Of a DNA stretch of 64,000 nt, positions 27,372 to 41,397 are shown piece by piece. The notes below the pieces were generated by a model. That model searched no databases and was not told the origin of the DNA. It worked only from the letters and a program-made list of their open reading frames with translations. Positions within the stretch are counted from its first letter, which is position 1, and each line of letters begins with the position of its first letter. The stretch lies in assembly GCA_030141605.1 (NCBI GenBank), contig JAQGDQ010000001.1, positions 930,001 through 994,000 of the forward strand. The letters run 5' to 3'. The translations under genes and the position numbers were made by a program. This DNA comes from Tubiluchus corallicola (lineage: Eukaryota > Animalia > Priapulida).

Positions 27372-27659
27372 TCACACAGAACCAAGCTAAATAAAAGCAC
27401 AAAAACACAAACTTGTAAACTTTTGTACTAACTCACTGAACTGCTTTTACTGTCTCTCTAAAGATTGTACCTGGCTACACAGACCAGGTGCGGTCACGTG
27501 GGCTTTCTGGACGAATCATAGCCGTGGTTGAACAGGCTTCGCTTCGGTACACCTCTGAGAACAAACAAAAATCTCGTCGTTCCCGCCAGTTGCGCCTTGA
27601 AACTTCATGGCTCGATAATTTACGTGCAGGTGTGCTAATAGCTGGGGCTCCCTACTCTG

Positions 27660-27840
27660 TAATACCTGTAATCAACAAAGGTATTAAACACACCCAGCTT
27701 AAACTATGTACCAGTGCCAAATGGAAGGTTAAATTTACATTTACTTGTAAATGATAATAAATATTGGGATTTGATGATTTATGTAGCAATATTCTACAAG
27801 CCAATCTATTAGACATTTCATTAGCCTTTGTTGTACTTGG
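27660..27840 (-). promoter_or_regulatory. Candidate SoxB proximal promoter
   Basis: 300-470 bp upstream of the ATG: CCAAT/ATTGG boxes (~27762, 27801), Sox-type motifs AACAAAG (27674) and CTTTGTT (27826), octamer variant ATTTACAT (27733). TSS not visible. Confidence 0.4.
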
Positions 27841-30213
27841 TTGTGTGACTCTGGCTAGCGAAAGCAAAAACTAAAAAAAAGTCTCAAAATGATTAGGCAT
27901 TATTTTAAAAGGAGCATTATTTTAAAATTTTAATTTATCAAATCAATTATAACTTTTTATGGGGCTTAACAACAAAAGCATAAACGTGAAAAGGTTGCCA
28001 TGCTCACGCAATCTGAACTTTTTTCTCTGCTAAAATTACTATTTTACCTCAATTATCCAAATCTAACGCAATATCTTTCTTGGAAAAATGTGCACAAATC
28101 CAGGCCGTGCAATTCCAAGAACAATAACATACTATAGTATTCACCACGTGACATTTAATGACAATCACGCCTTAATGCTAGCCACTGGTTTTACTCTAGA
28201 TTGTGCTAAGTGGCAGGAGGGGGCAATTAGTCCGGTTTTATTACCAGGCTATTTTGTACCTTCTATTGCTTGGCCATTGTCCAAAGATGCTGTTTAGACC
28301 GACGCGTGGGGATTTTGTTTTTTTGGCCTACGCTTGTAATGAACCTATTATAACCTAGCTTATAAGCGCTGTTTACATTGGCATCTAAAAATAATTACAG
28401 GTAAATAACGTTGCCATTCAAAATTAATTTACAAAAAAAAAACTAAACTAATTGGTGCAGACACTAACTTCTAAGGCATTGTGTCTGCTGTAGTATTGTT
28501 TCATGCTAGTACCTGTATTTTTATAAAGAATTTTCCAAAGAATTTTTAGAAAGTAGGCAAAAGTTTACACGTGTGTAATAAAAATGACTGACGTGCTTCT
28601 GAAGTACAAAAACAATTTTATTTTGACAGTGCAAGACGTCCGTTAGTACATTTAGTTCTGTATAGAAAGAAACGCTTGTGGTTATAATGTGCACTTGCCA
28701 ATCTTTAAACTAAGCTTGACAAAATACGTACCCTGCTCACATGGAAGTCGAATAATAAAAAATAATAAACTAGCAAATGAAGAAATAAATAAGTGAATAA
28801 ATGTGTGAGTGATTGCACAGATGACAAAATGAACAAAATACGCGATAAAATAATTTTGTTAAAAATGTTCCTCTCCTGAGAAGATGCCACAAGTTATTTC
28901 ATTTCTCTGCTTCGAGGGATCTAGTGCCAGTAACTGGTTTTTCTTCTTAATACTTTTGTGTTATTGCTATTGTATTCTTTGTATTTTTTGTTTGTTTACA
29001 TTTTTCCGTGCTACGCATTTTGTGCTTAATCAGTGAGCATTATTATTATGAAATTCCAAAACTTAGTGTTTTTCGCGTATTTTTGCTTTCTTCCTTCCAA
29101 CTGAAAGTAGGTCATAGTGTTGTCATAAAAGATTTTATTTTAAAAAAAACTTCATATAATGGCGAAATATAGAACCGGATATGCGACAGATTTTAAAAAA
29201 CACACGCACCAGTATCATGCGTCACCTGCGCTATTGTATGCGCTATAACCCACGAATTTGAAGGAAAAAACACATCGACACACATTGCATTACTGTACGC
29301 CTGTACATTGTGTACGACCAACGGAGGAGCAACTCGTCTAAAAATAGAGAAGTAAGTAAGAAAGACATTGTTTGTTGAAACAAAATGTACATTTAATATG
29401 TTGACTTCTAGGTTGTCGGTATTGGAAACAACCAGTTACTATAATAATTGGCTGGATTAACATCTCCAAATGCCATCATCGCTGGATATGTTCTGATTGT
29501 TAGATCCTGGTTTCGCTTTAAAACGTTTTCGCAATTTAATCATCGTTAATCGTAAATTAATTGTATTGTAAGTAAAGGAATTTTTATCAGTGCCTCCCAT
29601 CTCCTCTCCTCTTCTCTCTCTCTTCTCTTTCTCTCACTCTCTCTTTCTCTCACTCACTCTCACAGTCCTTCCTCTTCTCTCTCTCACTCGCCCTCTGTTA
29701 GCATCATTAATACATTTAGTTCACAGGTGTTGCCTACATAGCAGATGCAAGGCGACAGCTGCATCCTGTCGCAATTTTTCACTTTACTTCCTTTGATATT
29801 TTTAAAGGGAAGAATTTCCTGCTGACGAAAAGATTGCGTAACAATTATTTTATCAGATTTGTATAATATACATTTTATATATATGCCTACACTCCTACAT
29901 ATAACATGTGGATATATCAATCAGAATACGCTCGACGAAAATACTGTTCAATTGCCTTTTTGTGGTGGTGGCATCTCCTTAAAGTTCGGCGCTTGATTGC
30001 ATGCATTTTTCTGCTATCATTTTTTCCTTCCGTGTGCGACATTAAAGTTGCAATGTTAATAGTCACTTTGATTGAAATAGTAGCCCACATTGAAATCTTT
30101 GTGATCTCTAAAATTCTGCAAATCCAGCTTTTGTCCGTAGCAGAGTCGAACTAAAATAAATGCCCTAAACACTCAAGAATAAAGTAACTATGATCCATAG
30201 CGAACACTATACG

Positions 30214-30589
30214 CAGGACAGGATTATCCAATCGGTTATGGTATAGGTTGCAGCCAATGGGCCTTTCAAGCTTGGAATCCATCGAGCTTTGGTAACATTT
30301 AGTAAAAAAATCTGTTTTTTTCACTAGGCTTACGTTGAAATATTTGATAATTTGGTTTGCAATAAATAGTAATTTTTAAAGAATATTTTTGTAGACAAAC
30401 AAGAGATAGCTAGTCTTGTTTATTTGAATAATTTGCGATAGGTTTACTTCAAATTATGTAAATGCCGCTAAAATACATCACAAGTAAACATTTCATGACA
30501 GATGCAGACGAGTTAGAGGCTGGCTTCGAATGAGGGGTCGTCATAATTTTAATAGCCTATTAGCCCCAAAAAGTCATAATCCGGCCCTG
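30214..30589. mobile_element. hAT-like MITE
   Basis: TIR CAGGACAGGATTA ... TAATCCGGCCCTG; 8-bp flanks ACTATACG / ATTATAAG (6/8). Confidence 0.6.
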
Positions 30590-32368
30590 ATTATAAGTCT
30601 AATGGTTTCATAGATCACAACAATTATTGTATCTTGAGGCTATTAGTCATAATGCTATTATGCTAACCATGCTGTGAATAATATTAATAACTAACAATTA
30701 TCGAAAACATTATTTTGCTTGTGTAGGTTTTAATGCCTAAAGAGGAAGAGGAAGATGAAAAGGAAGAAGACGAATAGAGTAGACGATGATAATTACGATG
30801 AGAGATTTCGTGATGCAAAACCTAGATGATGATTTTGCTGACGATAAGGATGATGATGGCAACGACGACAACGACGTTGGTCGTAATGACATCGACGAAA
30901 TAATTGACTACGAATAAAATATCGTGGTGATAAGCATTATGGATTTGTGTTACTATGCGAGATGTTATCGAAACAAGCAATCTACGTTACACATCCATAA
31001 GCAGGCATCTTAGGAAGAATTACTGCTGGTGCATTCCTTCTCAAAGTAGTTTATTACGGAGGAGTATTTGTTTGTTAAGCATCTGCTGCCACATTTTTGA
31101 GAGGATTGCAAAATCATTTTGTGCTGCGTTAAGCCTTTGAATGACATTGCTCATGATGATCAAAGACAATTAGTTATTTCGCCAAAGATGAACGTCTAAA
31201 TGACAATTCAGAAACCTGTTCGTTATTCGGTCTATAATAATGACATATAGTAATAATTTTAATCAGACAATATTTAGGTTGCTAGTTTTTTTATTAGGCT
31301 GTGGCAAACTGCGCGGTTTTCACAATTGAGAAGTTAATACCGGATGGTCCTAAAATAATGTTGTCGATTACAGAGTGTGTTACGGCGCCGTGATGCTCGC
31401 AAAAATAGTCAAAGACTATAGGCTAGCTTCAGCATTTTGTAACTTATAACTTACTTATAACTTTTCAGCGAAGCAACAGCACCAATTTTACATAAAAATA
31501 AAATTGTATGCAGCCTATATACCTTGATAACTTTTATGTACACTTTTTGTAAAATAAATGTAATTGTAATAATACAGCTCACAATTTAATTATTATATTC
31601 CCGATTGATCAATTTAAAGAAGAGTTAAATGTTGAACTATTATCCGTTTTGCCATGCTTGTTTAGAAATGTGTCTACGTCTGCTTATTATGAAATTCTGC
31701 TATTTATTATGAAAGCGATTCAAGTCTACCAAATAAGTTTACTTTACTGTGAGAAATACTCAGCAGATTTCATGTCCTGTGCAGCCCTGTAGTTAAATAT
31801 GGCTTTAATACATTGTATATTACAGAGCCAAAAAGACTTTCAGCTGTGTGAGAATGCGGAGCGATCTCCCTGCTGTGATCTGGACAATAGATTTGACAAA
31901 TCCAAAGCCCGTAAGTAGAGGCACCCTATTGTGAGCGGGCAGATTACTCATGAGAACTCGGCCATCGAAGAGACTCGCATAACACACCTGACCTCAACAC
32001 CTGTGGCAGAGCTCTGGGTAACTAATTAACTCTTGCTCTCAATCTCTGAAATCCCAAATCTCTTGAAATACGTGGTAGACAAGGTCAACTGATCAAGATC
32101 AAGATTTTAGAAACGATCTTTAATCGTGGAAATAAACGTGTGTAGCAATTTATAATTCTCATGGTAATCAGGACACTTGTGAGGTTACTTGTTTTTACAA
32201 GTGTTATGTATGCTAATGATGAAACGAAATACTTGGTTAACGAAATGGTTTTGCAGATAAAATTTGGAAACCAAACCAAATAATTCAGACAGGACTTCGT
32301 TTCGTGTGTATAGACAGGAAAATAGCAGATGTATTTCGTATCACAACTTTGCCCACTATGCAATGCGA

Positions 32369-33536
32369 CTGTTGGGACCTCTGCTGTTTAACCTTTACAT
32401 CAACAATATTTCTAACGTTCTACAACATTCAAGTATTACGCAATATGCAGACGACACGACTATTTATCTGGCTCACGAGAACATCAGCATTGCAAAACAG
32501 TACTTAGAAAAAGACATAAAGAATATCAACATGGCATTTAATTATTACAAGCTAAAAATGAATAGTGACAAAACAGAATTTATGGTATTATCCCCAACAA
32601 TTAACAATACTGAAAATACAGCTGCTATATTCTTGCAAATAGAAAATGATGTTATCGTGCAGTCAAAAATTTCTTGGGCGTTAAGTTGGACAACATGCTT
32701 ACATGGGAAGAGCAGTTCATCAACATTTATAAAAAAATGGCATTAAGTACTTCGTACCTTCGACAAATCAGAGGACAGCTATCAAAACAAACAAAAATTC
32801 TAATTTACAAAACTTTAATTTTGCCCCATTATTTATATGCCTGCATACTGTACCAAAAAGTGAAAAGAGACTCATACATCAAGTTAAATGTACTTAAAAA
32901 CTACGCTTTACGATTAGTTAATGGCCATTCTTTGAAATCATCTCACAATACAAGTAAATATTCTGCCACCTCTTTAAGAAACTCCATGAAAATCCCGATA
33001 CTAGAAGCCCACAGAGATTATCAAACTCTCCTGTTTCTCTATAAATATATCAACAATATTAATGCTTCGTTCAAAAACAATAAGCTCCCACTTCTTAAAA
33101 ACCCCAGTATGAATAACAGAACACTAAATTTAAGAAACATTAGAACGAACAACCAATATGGAAAGAATTCCATTACTAAACAAGCAATACAACTTTGGAA
33201 CTCATTACCGACATCACTAAAACACAGCAGCTCTTTATCAATATTCAAGTCTAAATTAAAAAAACATTTAATGACTCGTTTTGAATATCCGACATACGAA
33301 CACGATGATACCTACTCAAATCAAAATTTCATTTTTCCTAGACCGTACTAAACTAGTTTATATTTTATTTTTTGAATTTCTAGTTGCACTTATAGTTTAG
33401 CTTGCACCAGACGCATTTGCCCAGAACAGTGTATGTTTTTGTTTTATATGAATTAACACTGATTGTCTGTCTTCTATTATGATGGTCAATGTTTTAAAAT
33501 GGCAACTAAAGATTTTACTACTACTACTACTACTAT
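32369..33536 (+). mobile_element. 5'-truncated non-LTR retrotransposon (CR1/L2-group LINE): RT C-terminal half, 3' UTR and (TAC)n tail
   Basis: LGPLLFNLYIN..QYADDTTIY..KTEFM, one frameshift near 32667, then LGVKLDNMLTW..IYKTLILPH..LWNSLP..FKSKLKKHL, stop at 33351; (TAC)6 at 33516-33533. Confidence 0.9.
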
Positions 33537-35077
33537 TAAAGGCTACAGGTGAAATTCGTGAAAGGTGCTATAGAGATAGTTTGTATTACCTGCTAGTACT
33601 AAGACTAGGAGGGAAGGCCTTCGCAGCTGCGAGAAGAATAAAAATACAATCAGTAAAAAAATTCACAAATGGTAGATGCAACCATTCACTTATTAAACTT
33701 TTGTTTTACGAGATTTCTATGAAAAATTGTTTTTGACAAATTTGAACTATTAGATTATTTAATGGGCAATCGGACGTTTATAGGTTTACCAAGTTCATGT
33801 TAAGGTCAAGCATTACCTTAACTTCCATAACTAAGTAACAGCTTTTAATAGTTAAACCGCTAAACACTCAGGAACCAACGAGCAAATCATAATTATAATA
33901 TGCGTTATGCTTCACAAGAGAAATTGGATTCAAACTGTAATTAAAGTGCCATAGCGGATTGCAATTAAATTTTTTTACCGGAAATTAAACTGTGTTTAGA
34001 AATGTTCATAACATTTTACAACATCTCATTATCGATAGAAGAGTACATTGCCTGCAGGCTATTTTTTATTTACTCCTAGGAGTTACCAAAAGTATTGTGA
34101 GCCATTTGTATTAACAGCTGCAAAGTTTGCAGTTTTTAAGGGAAAAACGCCTATTAACTAGCATCAAAAGTTATGAGTATTATATACTTATAAATTTTAC
34201 TGTCATCGTATATTAAAGGATAGAATGGATAAAAACGTTTAAACCGAGTTATAAATCAGATAACGAACTTTCGCAGTACAAGCCCCACATCTCATGGCAT
34301 TTGCTAGACCACGAGTCTTTTCCTTGTGGAAATGTTGAAGTTGGTTACTCAGGCTCATTCGTGATCAAACGGGAATAAAGAGATAGGTGGTCTATAACGG
34401 TCAAACAGTCGCAACTATATTGTGAAGTTGCTTGATTCAAATCCGGATTTGAATTAATTTTTCCATCACTTGTTCTTTTGCAATTATTTTGTCATTATTA
34501 TTAAACAATTCGTTTAATAAAGTTTTATTTGCAAAAAAAGATAAATTGTTAACTTCTTGAATAAACCACCTGGCTTGTGGTCAGACTTAAATTGCGAATT
34601 TGTGAAGGTTTTAACACAATTATAAAACTCCTAAAGAGTTTACATTGTCAAAATTGATATGCTTTATGGTACCTAATTTACTGTGCGAGAAATTTGCCTG
34701 AAAATTTGCATACAACACTTTTAAACTAACTTTTGTCACTAAGATTTAATGATGATGTCATCTACGTATATATTAGCTGTACATGTAGTTAATTACAACT
34801 TGTTTGCATAAAAGTTATGTCCGTTCTTGGTAGAACATGTACTCAGGTAGCACCTCACAGACTAAGCAATCTGTACCACAAGGATCGTGCGGAACAAGTT
34901 GCAAAATCCTAGCAATACTTTGGCGGAGGTCATAGATTGCCTCGTCGCGTTGTGTTTTTTTATTATCAATACTGTTAATAAACGACAACTAGCATAGCAA
35001 GTAATTAAAAATACATATGTCATAAGAGGCAGAGGCAAGGTGCGCATATATTTGAAACAGAAGAGGGGGCAAATTCC

Positions 35078-35170
35078 ATATATACAGTATATATATATAT
35101 ATATAGCCCATATATACTTCACCCATATATATATATATATATCCTATACATACATATACATGTATGTATA
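35078..35170. repeat. Interrupted (TA)n microsatellite
   Basis: Direct inspection. Confidence 0.85.
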
Positions 35171-38100
35171 TGCACCGTGTCAATTAAATGCACGCTCAAT
35201 TGATAAATGTTTTGTTATAATGTTGTTTCTTTTTAGTTAATACACAGTTTGTCATTTGGCGCTGAGAATCATAATAAGGCATCAACAGCTTCAACATTGG
35301 GCTACACATCCGTTAAGGAGAATTGTTTATGGTGAGTCAGATTTCATGTGCATTTTGCGAAATACATACTCTAAGTGCTTTGTTAAAGGTTCGGCAGATT
35401 ACTGTATATTACCTGTTTCGTCTTTTCTGCCTTTACCTGAGGCAGTGTACGACGAGCAGGTAAGGCGGTGCCTCACTGACAAAACACAGTGCCAACACAA
35501 AGAATAGTCAATTGTAAAACTACAAACAATATAAAAGAGTTGGCATGTTTGACATTGAAAATTTCGTGGCACACACCAGTACTATAAACTATGCTAATCG
35601 CCATTCAAAGTGATGCCATTCATACCCGTCCATTCATAATTCTTATCAGAATGGTGAATGCATTTAAACGCTTTAAACGCCAGTGTAGACCACGGATAGA
35701 TAAAAAGTGTTTGAAAAGATCACAGGACCAGTCAGGAATCTGTTTCTAAAACAAGTATCAAAATTCAGTAATAGGGGCCTATTAGCTTAATAACGATACA
35801 TAGTTTAAAATATTTTATTCCAAATGTTTTCTTTATTTTTAAATTTTTACGTTATTTATTTATCTACTTATTTATTTATCTTTGCACGTACTTATTTATT
35901 GTAGCTATTTATTTACCTATATACCTAGCTGTTTCAAGACCCTGTCGGCAATGGTAAATTTTACAGACGAAGCTGGTTAAGTGTGCATGATGCTGGTTAC
36001 CTACGCAGGACCAATTTTCATATATAGCTATAATCATCGTTTTATGTGGTTTCATACTCATGTTTTTCCTAATTATTATGAATCTATTCACTGTATGTTT
36101 TATTTTCTCTTTACCTATAAGTTCTAACCTTCCAGGTAATTCAGTTACAACTAAGTGTCTATACCGCGCATTCATCATGCAACTAGTTACAGCAAATCGT
36201 CATCAAAATACTCTTTGACATTGAGAAACAAATTGCAAAAATTTGAGATAATCTTGCAAAAAATATGATCAAAATCGGAATTAATTTTACCTTCGCAAAA
36301 ACTGCTAGCTTTTAAAAACGTTTTACCTTGTGTATAAACAGCGGAGATGTCTGATCGATTAGGAGACTTAGTATTATATCGGAAAAGTATCCCCATGGCT
36401 TGAAGGTCAGCTCGTTTGTACGGTCTTTCAACAAACAAAAATTGCAAATATTTTCTGTAAGGTTTCAACTTTCTAATTTCCACTCTTCTTGCTCCTTGAG
36501 TAGGCCAAATAGCAAGGACATCCGATAGTGACTTCTTGAAAAACTAGATTTAATTTTCAAAATCTAAAAACTTGTGGACTCGTACTGCACATTTTCGTTT
36601 GGTACTTCAGGCTGTCACACCATTTGCATGGGTGGCATATTAGTATGCTAATAAGGTGATGCTGCTTAGTAGAAAATAAAGATCTGTTCTGATTCACACC
36701 GGACGCAAAATAATTGTAGTACAGATAAATTTAATACAAATACCAGTTATTATTTTTATTTAATTTGTACAAAAATAACTTCTAGCCAATTACCAGTGTG
36801 AGCAAAGCAATTTGACAGTTTGTACTTAAGCCGTACATGGTAAACAAGTTGCACGGTCGGCGTTATTTTTTTCGGAATGTTTTTCTCAGATTTTTATACA
36901 GAACCCGGAAAATTTAGCGCATGTTATAAGACTATAGCTTGACAAACAGCAAGTTATACTGGCGAAAAAGTTTTCAGTGACGGCGCGTGCCCGCGAGCTA
37001 CACTTTATTCGCGTTTATTGTGTAATACAGGAACCAACGAAACTTTGCGAAATAGCTTAAAACTTCGTGCTTTGGGTTCACTGCTTTCCACTGTTTATTC
37101 ACCCTCGTAAAGTTCTTTTCTGCAGCCTTCACGGGTTGTGCTGCTTGGCAGATTTTATCATTTTTAAATGTGTCAGTCAGCGAACTTATTTAATGCTTTT
37201 GCATTCTGCTTCGTGCTCATGCTGTCTGACGGCGTCATTATTTGTGACAACCAAACATCATCATTACATTAATAGAACAGGATATGCAGGTTAATCAATA
37301 ATCAAATTTGGCACATTGACGAATAATTATTCTGATAATTTCCTAAAGGAATGACTATGATGAGTAGTTTATTTAAGTAATCCGAGCTAAAGAAGATCAA
37401 ATGCAGCGAATGTATTGATTCTGATCGTTTTTGCACGAATTTAAGATGATGTCGAATAACAAATTAATTCATAAGAAGAAAGTATGTTCTGGCTGGAAAC
37501 GGAGCAAAATTAAGAGAAAGAAAGAAAGATGAAAGGAAATTAAAAACAGGAAAAAACATAAAACCAAAAGCAAAGAAAAACTAAAGAATATTAAAGAAAT
37601 GAAGAAAGAGCAAAAGGTAAGGACGAAATAATGAATGAATTGATGAATGAAATGACTGGATGAACGAATGAATGAATGAAGCAAATAAATGAATTAAACC
37701 TACCTACAAAATTAGATAGAAAGTAATGAGGTAAATGAATGAGTACTAACAATTTATTTTTGATTCATGCTATTAAAACAAATAAAATCTTCAAGTATTC
37801 AGAACTCTGTCGAATTCAGTGTTAGTACGTACAATTTTCAAAACCTCGATTTTTTAATTTCGATTTTCAAATTGATAGTTATCAGTTGTCACTTGCCGCT
37901 TACAGGTTTGAACCCTTAGGGCTCGTCCTCATTGTGAGAAGCACAACCAATGTACTTTAGAAGACTTGGAAAACAACTCGCAAAAGTCTATGCTGATTAT
38001 CTTTTATAAATACAGAGCTTCAAAAATTCCCTGGTAACCAGAAAAATTTGTTCAAGTGTTGTGAATAAAGGCGTGTTAATTTTGCCGAATTGCGACTAAG

Positions 38101-39575
38101 GATTTGCCGATAAGGAAACGACATCATCGTTGCAGTTTAGATAAGTCCATGTAAATAGTTTGAATTGAAACAGATAAATGGTCTGAGAAATTGCTTACAG
38201 TCTTGACCAAGTGTTGTTTTGAAATGTTAGTAGCTAGGCGGTACGTTGTTGCCATATTCGCCTGCATCACGACGCATTTTCGGACTTATCAATCACACAG
38301 CCGTCGCCGTTGCCACACTGACGCCGTTTTTATTTATACGTGAACGACTGAAGGGTTAGTTTTGATCCTCATTTTTTATACGCTGCATACGCTGACTTTT
38401 CTTTAAAATTGTTGAGTTGTTCTCTCACCTACTACAAATTAAATCAGTCAAAGATCAACGCAACGTGAATTGAATTTACGATTTCTCCCGTGAGTCCAGA
38501 ACAGATAGTCTCGCTGTTTATTCAGCGTCTCCGAATCACCAAAATGAAATGTAGGTAATTACAATGTAAATATATTAGACCCATATAGTCAAGTTATTAT
38601 AGCGCGGTATGTGTAAAAAGTCTCAACAAGCTCTGCCCGAACCGGTAATACACAAAATAATTGCAACGGCAGTTACATAATTGATATATGGACATCTTAA
38701 TATCGTCAAAATTAATTTTACGAATAAAATAAATTAATAATTTGTATACATTTTTAATTACAGGTGAAGTGTCTTTTAAATTGTTCCACTGTGTGTGTAG
38801 CGAGAAAAGTTAGACAACAGCGAACATTCAGATACGTATCACGAAATTAATACATCTATAGTTGTTCTTATAACTTTTGCATTAATTTTTACTTGTATTA
38901 ATACTGATAAAACACTTCACTATTAGTACTAGCAAGTCAATAGCTTTTTTGATAAATGATTAAATCTGAACTAAGTAAAGTAAATTTGATTGTTATAAAC
39001 AATTTATTACATAAGGTGATAATGATGACCATTTATCATTAAGTTTATAATTATAAACCAGAATACTGCATGTAATTAAACTGTCAGTTTTAAATGTGCT
39101 CATTTCTGAGACCAAGTTCAAACTCGTTATATTCGTTTTAAGCGATTTTCAGACTTTTTTCTGTGTTGCTGTTCCAAATGTAGTTTCAATAACGTCCGTT
39201 CACATTGTGCATTAACAATGGTGAAAACGGTAACGCGAAGACAAACCCAATGTAAGGGCCATTTGTGTTGGGAACTGTTACAAGAAAGTTTTCTGAATGC
39301 AAGATTAATATTTTCAAGTTTGTCTTGCTATTTTTCCATTGCTTCTAGTTTCAAATGAAATAGTCAGTTAAATAACTAAGTAATAGGATGGAGAAGAATA
39401 GTTGAGTGGTCACAGTGTGCGCTTAGTAACAAAAGTTAGACTACGGCAAACTTGGCCTGTAAATGGATAGTTGTGCAAGAAAAATGCTCTGCCGTACTTC
39501 CCCTGACTATTTACCTTTTTGAGCTGTTCACACATTCATGTGTCATCTTAAGAGATTATCCTTAACAATGAGTTA

Positions 39576-39744
39576 AGCGGCGTTTACTAGACATCTGGAA
39601 TACGTTATGCGTTATTGCGTAAAAATCATTTTACATTATTTTCAATGTATCTCTGTGTCAGACCTGCGATGTAAGCTACTGCGTTATACGCGGCTGGATA
39701 CGCAATAACGCATAATGGATTCCGAATGTCTGGTAAATGCCGTT
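39576..39744. mobile_element. PIF/Harbinger-like MITE, 169 bp
   Basis: ~46-bp TIRs AGCGGCGTTTACTAGACATCTGGAATACGTTATGCGTTATTGCGTA versus reverse complement AACGGCATTTACCAGACATTCGGAATCCATTATGCGTTATTGCGTA; TTA on both flanks. Confidence 0.8.
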
Positions 39745-40296
39745 TTAGATTCTGGTCTTGCCACAATTATCTGCATTGAGCAGACGCTGCCGTTGCATGC
39801 TTAATCTTAGCTTGCAAAGTGTCAAACTACAAAAAATGATACACATGTCATATAAATGTCTTTGATATAATTTCACTATGTAACAAAAGTCCACTTACAA
39901 GACGAGTTTGCCGAATTATGCCCCCATTGTAATTGAGTACTTAAGGCGTAAGTACAGGGAAATTGTCTATTTGGACTGGATGAGATTGGGGGACACAGAG
40001 ACAGACAAGCACTAAATGAGTATACGTCGATATGAGACACCACTCGAAGGGCAGCCACCCAGCTGACGTCCGGTTTTACTTATCTTTAATTATGTACTTA
40101 TTAGTCGTACTGCAAATGATTACACATTATACAAAATTAAGCAGAAGTAATTTGTTAGTAGTTAAAAGCATGCACCTGTCTCTAATACTACTCTATCAGA
40201 GAGTGCGGTTTCAATGATAAAATGGTTTGAGAAAATTTCATAACCTAGGTCACGTTTACCAGGAATAATACACTACAGAGCGATGAAGCCTAGGTA

Positions 40297-40427
40297 GGAC
40301 TAATACACGCAGACCCTCTTAACAGGTTGCACTAATACACGCAGACCCTTTTAACATGTGGGACTAATGCACGCCGACCTTCTGAACAGGTGGGACTAAT
40401 TACAGGTAAGACGGAGACCCTCTTAAT
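40297..40427. repeat. 32-bp minisatellite, about 4 units
   Basis: Consensus GGACTAATACACGCAGACCCTCTTAACAGGTG, head-to-tail without spacers. Confidence 0.85.
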
Positions 40428-40946
40428 GGACACCATATATTTTTAAAGAATAGAATATTTAGAGTGCCCGTTAAGCAATGTACTAAAATCACTGTTGAAT
40501 TATTAATAGAAGCTATGTTTATTTTAAGAAGGGATTGGTCATGACAGGAAACTTTGTAGACCTTCAAAAAAGTTTACAATTATAACAGATAACAAACAGT
40601 TTGAAATTTTCGACACATGGGCGTATAAGTTCATTTTTAAATTAGAGTAAGCTTGCTCGTGTTACAATTATGCGTTATGTAAGCTGATAATTTTTACAAT
40701 CGGTAAGTGATAGTCACGATAAAAATGTAAATTTTGTTACCTTATTACGTCGGCAAAACATTTATACATGAATTTGTAAGTGTTGCGGTAAAATAATATT
40801 ATATCTTATGTTGGTATCAAACTTCTTTTATAACAATAGCTATATGGGTGTCACCATCCTAGTAAAATTGTGAGTCGGCTATAAAATTTTTTTGAATTCT
40901 CGTAGGTATAATGTTACCCGAGCTACGTTATGTAATATAAAGTAGG

Positions 40947-41397
40947 TCCAAAGTGTCTGCAAAGTCTTTACAATTTCGAAAGTTGTCTACAAAAACCGCA
41001 TGACGGATTATTCAATCAAAGAACTTGCGTAAATGCTTATCTATGTTTCACTGTCGCCCGTAAGTTTTGCGGCGTTTTTGCCATATGGGTCTCCGACGCG
41101 TGCACGTCAGTATGTAAACCACGCATTTAGTTACATATATATAATGTTGCATAAAAAATAAAAAGTTTTAGATCATTTCTACTTGGGGTACATTTAATTT
41201 AGAAAGCACCATTGAATATGCAACAATAATCGTACCTAAACATTGGATATCCGAGCAAGGTAGTGCACATTTTAACAAATACTGGGGACATATTATAAAT
41301 TCATGACAATTCATTCTTGATAGTTGAAATACACTTTCAACTCCACGTTTAGTAAATTCTCAAAATTTATAAACAGACTTTTTGTAGATAGTCTGCA
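40947..41397. mobile_element. Possible old Tc1/mariner-like MITE
   Basis: Weak inverted ends CAAAGTGTCTGCAAAGTCTTTACAATTT versus reverse complement CAGACTATCTACAAAAAGTCTGTTTATAAATTT; TSD unclear. Confidence 0.35.

Noticed and set aside
30740-30915. Acidic codon-like GAR/GAY-rich stretch
   Set aside because: Interrupted by stops and lacks splice context; decayed trinucleotide low-complexity sequence.
31830-32368. Possible 5' part (ORF1) of the LINE
   Set aside because: GC-richer but no recognisable motif, and no TSD pairing with the 3' tail.
35440-38770. Strong plus-strand donor (CAG|GTAAGG ~35460) and acceptor (~38763) suggesting a SoxB-divergent lncRNA
   Set aside because: Isolated splice-like motifs are common by chance; no support without RNA data.
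40297-40427. CRISPR-like 32-bp repeats
   Set aside because: Units are contiguous with no unique spacers, there are no cas genes, and the context is eukaryotic.
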